Assembly (NCBI GenBank): GCA_044376115.1
Contig: JBILLK010000002.1
Span: forward strand, 320,001 to 384,000
Length of the DNA stretch: 64,000 nt
Reading direction: 5' to 3'
From: Polyangiaceae bacterium
GTDB taxonomy: Bacteria > Myxococcota_A > Polyangia > Polyangiales > Polyangiaceae
Shown: in pieces, positions 10,773-19,976 of the stretch
Layout of the letters: every line of letters begins with the position of its first letter
Numbering within the stretch: the stretch's first letter is position 1
Notes under the pieces: model-generated
The model's database searches: none
What the model was told of the DNA's origin: nothing
Seen by the model: only the letters and a program-made list of their open reading frames with translations
Program-made: the position numbers and the translations under genes

Positions 10773-11336
10773 ATGAACACAAAGCTTTTTGGTGCGGTCA
10801 TCGTTTTGTCTCTGATGGCCTGCGGTGACAGCGGTAGCGGCGGAGCAGGTGGCACTGCCGCGGCGGGATCGGGCGGCACGAACACCGGCGGCACAGGCGG
10901 CGCGAACACCGGCGGCACTGGCGGCGCAAACACTGGCGGCTCGGGCGGTGCGAACACTGGCGGCTCCGGCGGCGCAAACACCGGCGGCACTGGCGGCGCA
11001 AACACTGGCGGCTCCGGCGGCACGAACGAAGCGGGCTCCGGTGGCGCAACCAACGGTGGCTCGGGCGGCGGCCAGGATATAACGGCGCAGTGTACCGATG
11101 CTTGCAACGCGGCGTACGACTGTGGCGTCGAGGGCGACAACTGCCCCGGCTTCAGCGGAGACCCTGCGGAAAAGGCTGCGTTCGTAGGGATGGTCGGCGC
11201 CGGCGGCTGTCTCGACGCTTGCATCGACAACCCGGTGCTCGTTGCCGTCATCGACCCGTCCAACTGTCAAGGGACCATCGCGACGCTCTCGGGCGCCAGT
11301 TCGGAGTTTGCCGACGCCTGCGCGAACGGCTTCTGA
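10773..11336 (+). CDS. Gly-rich lipoprotein with C-terminal Cys domain
   Basis: GGAGG RBS; lipobox LMAC; tandem 8-aa GGANTGG(T/S) repeats. Confidence 0.85.
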   Translation: MNTKLFGAVIVLSLMACGDSGSGGAGGTAAAGSGGTNTGGTGGANTGGTGGANTGGSGGANTGGSGGANTGGTGGANTGGSGGTNEAGSGGATNGGSGGGQDITAQCTDACNAAYDCGVEGDNCPGFSGDPAEKAAFVGMVGAGGCLDACIDNPVLVAVIDPSNCQGTIATLSGASSEFADACANGF

Positions 11337-11466
11337 GCTAGAGGCGGCGAGCGCCGCTCCCAATGCGCGTCCACGGCGAGCCCTCCGACCAACCTCGGAG
11401 GGCGCCGCATCCGCGGCCGACTCGTGCCGACGGAGAGTGGCCGTCGCACCGAACGGCCGCGCCGAT

Positions 11467-11689
11467 GCGACATTCGGGCGTCCGATAAGTTATCGCTGGG
11501 CCCAATGTCGCGCGTCCTCGACGCAGCTCGAGGAGACGGTGCGCAATCGAGATCGGCGCACGAAGAGGGCGCGCACAATCCGCGGCAATCGGGCTGCAAA
11601 ACAACGCAAGGGTACCGCGCCGCTCACGGCCGTTTACAGCCGAAGCGACATTCGGGCGCCCGATAAGTTATCGCGCCGTCCAATGTCGC
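11467..11689. repeat. Second pair of family A 45-bp palindromes (11467-11511, 11645-11689)
   Basis: GCGACATTCGGGCG(T/C)CCGATAAGTTATCGC...CCAATGTCGC. Confidence 0.9.
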
Positions 11690-11855
11690 TGGCCGCTTGG
11701 CTTCACGAGCGCCGTCCAAGGTCGCTGGTCGCTTGGCTTCACGAGCGCCGTCCAAGGTCGCTGGCCGCTTGGCTTCACGAACGCGGTCCAAGGTCGCTGG
11801 CCGATCGGCTTCACGACGCAGCCCAAGGGCGCTGGTCGCTCGGCTTCACGACGCG
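11677..11855. repeat. Five tandem ~36-bp units
   Basis: CGTCCAA(T/G)GTCGCTGG(C/T)CGCTTGGCTTCACGAGCGC-like units at 11677, 11713, 11749, 11785 and ~11820. Confidence 0.9.
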
Positions 11856-11908
11856 GCCCGGCGTTCGGCGGGTGCGGCGGCCTGGCGAGCCGCGCTACCA
11901 TTCGACGG

Positions 11909-12793
11909 ATGAGGCGCGTAGCGACGAGCAACGTTGAACTCGGCCAATTGCAACCGCTGGGCAAAAAGCTGGTGTCGTTGGAGCTTGATGGCAGCGTCTC
12001 GGATGCTGGGCTCGCGGCGCTGGGCGCGTTCGGGGCGCTTGAGGAGTTGAACCTTACCGGCTCGCGCGTCGGTGACGCTGGGCTGGTCCATCTGAGCGGC
12101 CTGCGTAACTTGAAGCGGCTGTGGCTGGGCAACACGCGCGTGAGCGACGAGGGCCTGACGCAGCTATCGAAGCTGACGAAGCTGGAGCTGCTCAACTTGC
12201 GCGTTTCACGGGTTGTGGGGCCTGGGCTCGCGGCGCTGGCGCCATTGCGACGACTGAAGTTCCTCGGGCTCGACTTCACCGCGGTTGCCGATGCGGGGTT
12301 GATGCAGCTGGCGGCGTTGCCTCGCTTGGAGACGTTGGATCTCGGCGATTCAAAGGTCACCGGAAGCGGCTTCGCAAACACCGCGGGCTTTCGCAAGCTG
12401 AAGAACCTCTACCTTCAATCCACGCCGCTGACCGACGAGGGGCTCGGAGCGATTGGCGCGCTCCCCTCGGTCACCGAGCTGCTGCTGCAGAAGACCCGCG
12501 CGACGGATGCTTGGATGGCGCAGCTCGTGCCGAGCAAGCGGCTCCGCAAGCTGGTGTTGGCCTTCCGCTCCACGCGGGCGGGCGAGCATCTGACCCAGCT
12601 CGCACGACTCTCGCAGCTCCGCGAACTATGGCTGCTTGGTCACGCGCCCACCGAGCAGGGCTTCGAGAACCTCGCGCAGCTACGCAAGCTCGAGAGCCTC
12701 GTCCTATCGTCAGCGCGCGACGTCAAAAGCAGCAACGCCCTCAGGCGACGCCTGCGCAGCGCGTTGCCATCGTGCAAGGTCCGTGTGATTTAG
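11909..12793 (+). CDS. Leucine-rich repeat protein (24-residue LRRs)
   Basis: Repeated LxxLxLxxTxVSDxGLxxLxxLxx units; start uncertain. Confidence 0.9.
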   Translation: MRRVATSNVELGQLQPLGKKLVSLELDGSVSDAGLAALGAFGALEELNLTGSRVGDAGLVHLSGLRNLKRLWLGNTRVSDEGLTQLSKLTKLELLNLRVSRVVGPGLAALAPLRRLKFLGLDFTAVADAGLMQLAALPRLETLDLGDSKVTGSGFANTAGFRKLKNLYLQSTPLTDEGLGAIGALPSVTELLLQKTRATDAWMAQLVPSKRLRKLVLAFRSTRAGEHLTQLARLSQLRELWLLGHAPTEQGFENLAQLRKLESLVLSSARDVKSSNALRRRLRSALPSCKVRVI

Positions 12794-12904
12794 AGGCGGG
12801 AACGCGGGTCTCGTTGATGAGGCCGCCAGGAATCGATATTGGCCCGCGCCGGATCCCCAACGTTGACGGCGCCGCTGTCGAGCTGAGAGACTCCGGCGAT
12901 GTGC

Positions 12905-13882
12905 ATGGAGAAGAAGCAGCTCGCCGTTCCGGTGAGCGACGAGGCGGCGCCGAATCCGAACGCCGACGTGGTCACCGTCGACGGGAAGTCGCCCATTCTT
13001 CGCGTCGACGACCCCCGTTTGGACTCCAGCGAACCGGGCATGCAGCGGCGCCGCAAAGTCCTCGCGGTGTTCGGCAGACAGTTTCCGATGGCAATCGAGT
13101 GGGCCGAGGTAATCGCAAGGAAGATCGAGGCGCCCTATGAGCAGGGTGTCTTCAAGGACAACTTGGGGTGGGCGCGGCCGGTGTACCCGGCGCCGAAGCA
13201 AGATACCTGCGCCCCTGCCAACACGTACGCAATGAAGCGTGCGAGGGCGAGCGGCGTGTGGGGCTTTGGCATTGAAGGCCACGCAGACGCGTCAACTGGC
13301 TGGAAGGTTCCTCCATCAAAGCGACAGAAGGGCTTCGTGAAGTATCGGCCAGGCATCCTCCCGAGCGTTGGTGACGTGTTCATCCTCTACCACGGTGGTT
13401 CGGCCCACCACTGTGGGTTGGTTTGCCAAGCGTCGCTTGCGCCGGATGACTTCTGGATCACCTGCGATGGTGGCCAACCCGATCGCACCGGCGAACTCCA
13501 CCAGCGAGCCAATGGTAGATGGAAGCGGTCTTACAACAGGCCTGATCCAGATTATCCGCCGGACGCGCTGGCCGATCTGGAGGCGAAGGAAGCCGGGTAT
13601 CTCGTTCCACGCAAGCTCGACTGTTCGGACCCATTCAATCCGGGGATCTCGAATTTTTACGTAGGGGGCGGTAATGAAACGCTCTATGGCTGGCGCAATC
13701 TGACGGCGGACGGGGTGTTGATGGAGAAGGAGGAGTTCGACCCCCCCAACACCCCAGAGTTCGACATCAGGGGCACCGAAGCCGACTACCTCGATATGAA
13801 AAGGCGGATCTTGCGAGTCGACGAGCTGGCCAAGATGGAAGCAGAGTGGCGCAAAAAGCACTACCACCCGACCGAGATTTAG
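12905..13882 (+). CDS. Putative papain-fold (CHAP/NlpC-P60-like) amidase, candidate T6SS-related effector
   Basis: Candidate catalytic Cys in QDTCAPAN; PSVGDVFILY...AHHCGLV...WITCDGGQ resembles the His-containing strand of CHAP-like domains. Confidence 0.5.
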   Translation: MEKKQLAVPVSDEAAPNPNADVVTVDGKSPILRVDDPRLDSSEPGMQRRRKVLAVFGRQFPMAIEWAEVIARKIEAPYEQGVFKDNLGWARPVYPAPKQDTCAPANTYAMKRARASGVWGFGIEGHADASTGWKVPPSKRQKGFVKYRPGILPSVGDVFILYHGGSAHHCGLVCQASLAPDDFWITCDGGQPDRTGELHQRANGRWKRSYNRPDPDYPPDALADLEAKEAGYLVPRKLDCSDPFNPGISNFYVGGGNETLYGWRNLTADGVLMEKEEFDPPNTPEFDIRGTEADYLDMKRRILRVDELAKMEAEWRKKHYHPTEI

Positions 13883-13889
13883 CTCCGCC

Positions 13890-16800
13890 TCACGAACCGT
13901 GCGCCTTTTGGAGCGCGTCCCTGGTCCGCTGGTCGAGCTCGCCGGTCACCTCGATGCCCTGCTCCTGCTGAAACTCCTCGATAGCAGCGCGATCCGCTTC
14001 CAGTGCTTCCGCCTCGGACTCGCCCTGGCCGCCCGGTTGCTTACGGAAGCCCAGGTGCTCGAGACGTTTGCGGACGCCCGTCCTCTCCTCGATGGGATCC
14101 AGGTCGCCGATGCGCAGCTCGTACTCGACGTAGAGCTCGGGGAACACGACCTTGACCTCCCGCACGTGGACGGGCACCTGGATAGTGAAGTTCCCCTCAG
14201 CGTCCGTCGCACCCTCGAGCGGAGCACCAAGACCCTCGACCTTGAACTTGGCGTTTCGCAGGCGCTCTTCCTTCAAGGCGAGGCGCAGCGTCTTTCTTGG
14301 AATGACGGTCGAATAGCTGTTTGAGCTGCCCTTGGTGAGCGACATGCCTTGCCGCTCTGCGTGCGGAAGGTAGACGATGTCGCCTGGGTGGAGGATGCTC
14401 GGCTTCTTCCTCTTGGCCTTGATCTCGGCGTTCTTTGGGTCGTTCCAGACTTTGTCTGCGTCGAAGCCGTGGATGAAGGCGAGCCGCGCGAGATGGTCTC
14501 CCTGGCGGATGACGTGAGGCTGCAAATCCCCTTGAGCTGCCTCTCCCTCGAGCGGCATCTCGGGAAACACGAGCATCCCGCCGGTCGGGATCTCGAGCTC
14601 CGCTTTCCCGTCTTTGTCCGTCCTGCCGCCCACTTCGGAGCCATCGTCGAGCTTCGCCACAAACCGCTGGAACGGCACCGGACTACCGTCCTGATCCTTG
14701 AGCTCGATCTTTGTCGGCGGCGGCGGGGCTTTCGGCGGGGCGTCTTCTGCTAGGGCCGGGGAGTTGAGCAGGATCTTAGGGCCGTCGAGCTGCATGTCCT
14801 TACCCATCATCAAGGAGGCCTGCGGGCTCTTCGCGACCAGCCTGTCGCTCAGCGTGAGCTGCGTATCGCTCGACTTGAGCGACAAGCCGTCCTTGTCCAC
14901 CTTCAGCTTGCCGCCCTCTCCAGTCGTCACGATGGCCGAGGCAGCCAGTTCAATGCGATCTTTGGTCATTCGGATGGAGCTGTCGCCCACTTTCAGCACG
15001 ACTTCTGCGTCTGAAGAGAGCTCGAGGCGATCGATCCCCGTCAATATCGCCGTGCCCTCAGCGTGCGTCGTCCAGCTCCGCTTCTTATCGTTCTTCCCGA
15101 CGATCGTAGTCGAGCAGCCAAGCACCCGGACGGTCACATCGTCGGCGTACACAAGCTCTGAAAGACCCTGAATGTCGCGCCGTTCGCGGCCTTCCACGCG
15201 CGTCGTCAGCATACCTGTCACGCGCTGATCGGAATTGCCGGAGACGGCATCGAGTCGGTTGCCGTCGACCTTGCTGTTGTGGTCACCCTTGATGTGCTGC
15301 TCGAGGTTCTTGTCGATCGTGTCCAGACGGTTGCCAATGATCTGGATGAGCTCGTCGTTCTTTACGCGCAGGGTGTGGTTCTGCTCGACGACCTCGTCGT
15401 AATCCCGCTGGGCATGCAGATAAATCTGCTCCTTGTGCTTTGCGTCGTCGAAGGACAGCTCGTTGAAGCCACCTCCTCCTGGCGAACTCTGCGTGCGCCA
15501 GCCGCTCCTGGTCTTCTCCTGCGGCAGCAGGAACGCTGAGGGATGAGTCGCATTGTAGAGCGAACCGATGACCATGGGCTTGTCTGGGTCTCCGCCCTCA
15601 AACACGACCACCACCTCCATTCCGACGCGCGGAATGAACTGCACGCCCCAACCAGCGCCCGCCCACGGGTGCATCGTGCGGATCCAGCAAGAGCTGTTGT
15701 CGTCGTTCTTACCGTCCCGATCCCAGTGAAACTGAACCTTGATCTGGCCCAAGGCGTCGACGTGGATCTCGCTGCCAAACGGCCCTACGACGACAGCGGT
15801 TAGGGAGACCTGAACGCTGCGCCGCTTCGGCTTCGGTGGAACGAACGGCATCGAGGCCGGCGCGCACTCGAAGGTGTTCTCGTAGACCTGGTAGCGGTCA
15901 CCGCTAGGCTGGCTTCGCCCAAGGTGCTCGACGGAGGTCACGACGTACGGCTGATCGAACCTCGCAACAGGGTGACCGACGAGCGAGAACTTGTGGCCAG
16001 GCTCGAGATCTGCGCAGCCGCCAGCGCCACGGCCGATGGCCGCTCGCCGCCGCGACTGGCGGAGCATTCGCGGCGCCTCGTCGCTCGGGAGCGTCCACTG
16101 CGGAAACAGGAACGGACCGTGATGATCGTAGACTTCGAGATACGGCGGCGGATGGTCGCCGAGCGCAGTCTCAAACGCGGCTCCCGCCACCCCAGCGTTG
16201 ATGGAGGCTGAGGCGCTGAGGCCGCCAACCACGCCAGGCGCGCTAACGCTTAGCTCACCCGTTACTGACGCTGCGACGCTCGCCAGCGTCTTCAGCCCGG
16301 ACTCGGGGAAGGGCGCCACCGACAGCGCGCGGCTCGAGAGCTTGGTGAGCGGTCGAGCCGGATCATAGTCGCGGAACTCGGCGGCAGTCGCGCGCGTGCT
16401 CGTTCCGAATTCGAAGCGGGTGATCTTGTCGCCGTGACTCGTCATCGTCCCCTCTTGGAGCAGAAACTCCAGCGGGGGCGCCGGGCGCGACGCGAGCGTG
16501 CCGATGACGGAGCCGGCCGTAACGGTAGCGCCGGCGTCACCCGAGACTGACACCCCGACGCCAACGCTGCCGACCGCCGCGCCGCCCAGGACGACGGTCG
16601 TACAAGCCGCCAGTGCCGCGGGGTCGTCCACGCCGATGGGCGGGTAGAACGAAGCGTCGTCTCCGCAGATAAGGGTGTCACCTGGAAGAATCGCCGAGCT
16701 AAGCGAAGCCACGGCGCCGACGACCGCACCCGTCACCGCGCCGGCCGCGGGCAAGATCGTGGACACTTGGGCCAGCGCGTCATCGACCGGGCCACCCGCG

Positions 16801-17300
16801 GGAAAGTAGAAGTAGATGCCCGCTTCGGCGAGAAGGCGGGTCACGAAGGCGTAGTCGGTCTCTTCATACTGGGTGCAGTAGTCGCGCACCGGATACGCCT
16901 TCGACAACTGCCAGCGCACGGCGATCCCCGCTTCGTTCAGTACGCTGGCGACCACGTCGAGCACCCGCATTTTCTGAAAGATGCGCGTGCGACGCTTGCG
17001 TTTGAGGAGCCACAGCCGCGGAACGAAGTGCACCTGACAAGCCGCGCGCCCAGCGTCGACCGACCCGCTCACTCGCAGTGAAGCGATCACTCCAAAGAAG
17101 GCCCGTATACTCGAACCGATCGTCCACGTGAGGATGGCGCTCTGTCCCAAGGCTGCGCGTTCGGTCTCGTCGCCATCGATGGTGGTGGTGGTGACGAGGC
17201 GAAATGAATACGCGCTCGACATCGCCTCGCGGCCGCGGAACGACACGACGCTGAACGTGTCCGGGGCCAAACCATTCACCATCAAGGAGTAGGGGTTCAC
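13890..17300 (-). CDS. vgrG: Type VI secretion tip protein VgrG with C-terminal LysM and peptidoglycan-binding domains
   Basis: FRGREAMSSAYSF, RIFQKM, YCTQYEETDYAFVTRLLAEAGIYFYF, IKVQFHWDR, SSCWIR, IPRVGMEVVVVFEGGDPDKP and NELSFDD...EQIYLHAQRD motifs. LysM: HVIRQGDHLARLA...ILHPGD. PG_binding_1: AAIEEFQQEQGIEVTGELD. GTG 17300 preferred as start. Confidence 0.95.
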   Translation of the reverse strand: MNPYSLMVNGLAPDTFSVVSFRGREAMSSAYSFRLVTTTTIDGDETERAALGQSAILTWTIGSSIRAFFGVIASLRVSGSVDAGRAACQVHFVPRLWLLKRKRRTRIFQKMRVLDVVASVLNEAGIAVRWQLSKAYPVRDYCTQYEETDYAFVTRLLAEAGIYFYFPAGGPVDDALAQVSTILPAAGAVTGAVVGAVASLSSAILPGDTLICGDDASFYPPIGVDDPAALAACTTVVLGGAAVGSVGVGVSVSGDAGATVTAGSVIGTLASRPAPPLEFLLQEGTMTSHGDKITRFEFGTSTRATAAEFRDYDPARPLTKLSSRALSVAPFPESGLKTLASVAASVTGELSVSAPGVVGGLSASASINAGVAGAAFETALGDHPPPYLEVYDHHGPFLFPQWTLPSDEAPRMLRQSRRRAAIGRGAGGCADLEPGHKFSLVGHPVARFDQPYVVTSVEHLGRSQPSGDRYQVYENTFECAPASMPFVPPKPKRRSVQVSLTAVVVGPFGSEIHVDALGQIKVQFHWDRDGKNDDNSSCWIRTMHPWAGAGWGVQFIPRVGMEVVVVFEGGDPDKPMVIGSLYNATHPSAFLLPQEKTRSGWRTQSSPGGGGFNELSFDDAKHKEQIYLHAQRDYDEVVEQNHTLRVKNDELIQIIGNRLDTIDKNLEQHIKGDHNSKVDGNRLDAVSGNSDQRVTGMLTTRVEGRERRDIQGLSELVYADDVTVRVLGCSTTIVGKNDKKRSWTTHAEGTAILTGIDRLELSSDAEVVLKVGDSSIRMTKDRIELAASAIVTTGEGGKLKVDKDGLSLKSSDTQLTLSDRLVAKSPQASLMMGKDMQLDGPKILLNSPALAEDAPPKAPPPPTKIELKDQDGSPVPFQRFVAKLDDGSEVGGRTDKDGKAELEIPTGGMLVFPEMPLEGEAAQGDLQPHVIRQGDHLARLAFIHGFDADKVWNDPKNAEIKAKRKKPSILHPGDIVYLPHAERQGMSLTKGSSNSYSTVIPRKTLRLALKEERLRNAKFKVEGLGAPLEGATDAEGNFTIQVPVHVREVKVVFPELYVEYELRIGDLDPIEERTGVRKRLEHLGFRKQPGGQGESEAEALEADRAAIEEFQQEQGIEVTGELDQRTRDALQKAHGS

Positions 17301-17373
17301 GGCGAGCAGAAGACCACGCGACCTATGCACACTCAAGTAGTCACCTTGGCCGCCGCATGTACAATCCTCGCCC

Positions 17374-19617
17374 ATGCGAGTTGCCCTTCTCACCATCGCT
17401 TTGCTCGGTGCTTGCAGCTCGCCGGCGCCGTCGCCTCCCACGACGCCGCCGGGGTTGAAGACGGTGGTCGCAGAAGTGAGCCCAGCGCCAGCGGCGCGTC
17501 GCTCATTCGTGGCGAACGGTCCGGCTGTGGCGGTGGAGACGCGTGCTCCTGTGTCGACGGCGTATGCGCTCTCGCCCGATGGCTTGCTGCTAGCGCTGTT
17601 CGTGGCGCAAGGGGGAGGGGTTGCGTTCTACGACGTCGACCGAGGCATCATCGTGGGACGCGCGCTCCTGCCGAGGCCGCCGGGCGAGCTGCAATTCTTC
17701 GAGTGGGCAGGGGACGACGCGCTGGTGATTGCCACCGATGACACGGTCCTGATTTACGACGGACGGACGGGCTCTCTGCGTGGTTCGGTAACGGGTCGCG
17801 TGCGCGGGTTCATTGCAACGGACCGCGGACCTGCGTTCGCCACCAGCGAGACGGCAGCGCCCTCGAAGCCCACGCAGCTCACGCTGCATCCGTTGGCGGC
17901 GCCCACCGAGACGCTTACTTCGCTCACGATTCCATCGCCGGTGCGTGCCGTTTCCGATCTCGGGAAGGGGACCTTCCTAGTGACGACGGAGACCGCTGCT
18001 GCGGCGTTCGACGTGAGCGGCAAGTCGTTGTGGACGGTGAGCGGAAACTTCTCCCAGTCGGCGTTCAACCCGGAGACCGGCTTGCTCTTGTGGCCTGTGG
18101 ACGGCGAGCTTCACGCGCTCGACACTGCGACCCGAAACCCGCGACCCGCGCTCAAGGGGGCCCGCGTCCTGGGCCGAGGAATCCGAGCGCCGTGGTTCTA
18201 TCAGCCGGTCGCGCCGATTGTGACCCGCGACACGAGTGGCGTTGTTGAGGCCGTCGATATGCGCAAACCAGGCTCTCCCATCCGCCTCGGTCAGAACCTG
18301 AAAGCGTTTGCCATCTCCGCGGGCTCCACCCATGCGGCGATCGGGACCAAAGAGGGCGTCATCTCGATCGTCGATCTCGCGACAGGAGCGAGCCGCTCAA
18401 TCGGTCGGGTGACCGACGACTTCTACCGCATGGAGCTCACGCGCGACGCCAGGTTCGTCACAACCATCAGCCTCAGTAGAACCCAGGTACTGCGTGGGGA
18501 CTCGCCCGACGGCAAGCCAAACGAAGCGCTGTTCACGTTACCGCGCGTGTGCTCGCTCCACACCAGCGAGAGCGGCGAGCTGCGCCTCGCGGACTGCGAC
18601 AGGAATTGGTTCGACCTGCGTGGCGCCGGGAAAGAAGGCTTCCAGCCGCGCGCGTTGGACCTTCGCGATGAGCAGTGGGCGGGTGACCCGGCGCCGGTCG
18701 AGGGGCCCGACGGCACCGCCTTTACCGCACGCTGTAGCAAGCTCCCGCCGGTCACGCTTGGCCTCGTCAGCGGTGAGAAAGCGGCGCCCGGCCGCGAGAG
18801 CTCGCCCACGTACGGTCGCCGCGTAGGCGATCTGCGCTCCGTAGGCAAAAGCCCGAACGGCGCCTTCGAGGTGCTGCATGAAGTAGCGGAGTTAGAAGGC
18901 GCGCCGGGCTTCGAACTTGTGATGGGCGTGCAGGTGAAGGAGCTCAAGAGCGGCCGCACCCGCTTGCGCGTGCGCTCGAGTGACGTGGGCTTCGCCTTCG
19001 ACCCCGATGGGCCTCTGTTCGCCGCAGGCGGGTGCAACCAGACTGACTCGTGCCGACCTCGAGGAAATGGGCCAAAGGGTCCTGTGCCCTTCGAGCCGGG
19101 AGCGAGTCATTCCACCGAAGGTGGATGCAGCAACAAGAATGACTCGCGCCTTCAAGAAAAACCGCCGAAGGCCCCTTGTCCTTCCCACTTTGGCGCGAGT
19201 CATTTCGCACTAGCACCGGTACCGGCTGTCTCTATGCCCACCCGCGCACGCGCGCACCAGATCGACCTCTACGACCTGACGACCGGCAACCTGGCAGAGA
19301 GCGTGCCCGCCCACGGCGGCGGCGAGCGACCGTTCTTCGCCAACCGCGGCAACGTCATTGGCTTCCACACCGCAGCCGGCGTCCGCTTGGTACGGCGCGC
19401 CGACCAACGCACCCTCGACGTACACGCCTTCACCCATGACGAACACTGCGACATCTTCGCCCTAACGCCCGACGGCGGCTTCGAAGGCGAGCCCCACGGC
19501 GCCCTCGGTTTTCGACTCGGCAACGACCTGCGCACCAGCGAGATCGTCTTCGAAGGACCCACCTTCGAGGCCCAGCGCAGAACGAGCCTGGTGGCCGCGT
19601 TGTTCGAAGGCAGGTAG
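17374..19617 (+). CDS. WD40/beta-propeller lipoprotein
   Basis: Lipobox LGAC; ALSPDG, FAISAG and FAFDPDG propeller-blade motifs. Confidence 0.8.
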   Translation: MRVALLTIALLGACSSPAPSPPTTPPGLKTVVAEVSPAPAARRSFVANGPAVAVETRAPVSTAYALSPDGLLLALFVAQGGGVAFYDVDRGIIVGRALLPRPPGELQFFEWAGDDALVIATDDTVLIYDGRTGSLRGSVTGRVRGFIATDRGPAFATSETAAPSKPTQLTLHPLAAPTETLTSLTIPSPVRAVSDLGKGTFLVTTETAAAAFDVSGKSLWTVSGNFSQSAFNPETGLLLWPVDGELHALDTATRNPRPALKGARVLGRGIRAPWFYQPVAPIVTRDTSGVVEAVDMRKPGSPIRLGQNLKAFAISAGSTHAAIGTKEGVISIVDLATGASRSIGRVTDDFYRMELTRDARFVTTISLSRTQVLRGDSPDGKPNEALFTLPRVCSLHTSESGELRLADCDRNWFDLRGAGKEGFQPRALDLRDEQWAGDPAPVEGPDGTAFTARCSKLPPVTLGLVSGEKAAPGRESSPTYGRRVGDLRSVGKSPNGAFEVLHEVAELEGAPGFELVMGVQVKELKSGRTRLRVRSSDVGFAFDPDGPLFAAGGCNQTDSCRPRGNGPKGPVPFEPGASHSTEGGCSNKNDSRLQEKPPKAPCPSHFGASHFALAPVPAVSMPTRARAHQIDLYDLTTGNLAESVPAHGGGERPFFANRGNVIGFHTAAGVRLVRRADQRTLDVHAFTHDEHCDIFALTPDGGFEGEPHGALGFRLGNDLRTSEIVFEGPTFEAQRRTSLVAALFEGR

Positions 19618-19718
19618 CTCGGGCTGTACGTGCGCCTTCGAACCGGGTCGGCGTCTCGGCGAGGTGACCGCCGACGGACGTGGCGCTGCGTGGGCCCAAT
19701 CACTAACCTTCGCCCATC

Positions 19719-19965
19719 ATGCCTGACCTCCGTTCGTATCTCGCCGCCTTGCCGACCGTGCTTCACCTGCTTCATGCCGCATGTGGCGACGACAGCGCAG
19801 GAGGACGACCTCGACGGGCGGCGCGGAATGCAGCGCCTCGAACACTGTAGTGCGGGGCTCTTCCACTGCACCAACGCCGCCGCGAGCTTCTTCACCTGTG
19901 CCGAATACGGCGCCGGTGACGCAGCGACCTTCGAGAAGAGCCAGAGCAACCCGCGCTCGCGCTGA
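19719..19965 (+). pseudogene. Probable frameshifted lipoprotein remnant
   Basis: MPDLRSYLAALPTVLHLLHAACGDDSAGG lipoprotein-like start; the Cys-containing continuation (CSAGLFHCTN...CAEYG) is in another frame. Confidence 0.4.
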
Positions 19966-19976
19966 GCGAAGCTCGC

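Noticed and set aside
10860..11075. Gly-rich tandem repeats (also 58549-58700)
   Set aside because: Ordinary coding linkers of myxobacterial lipoproteins.
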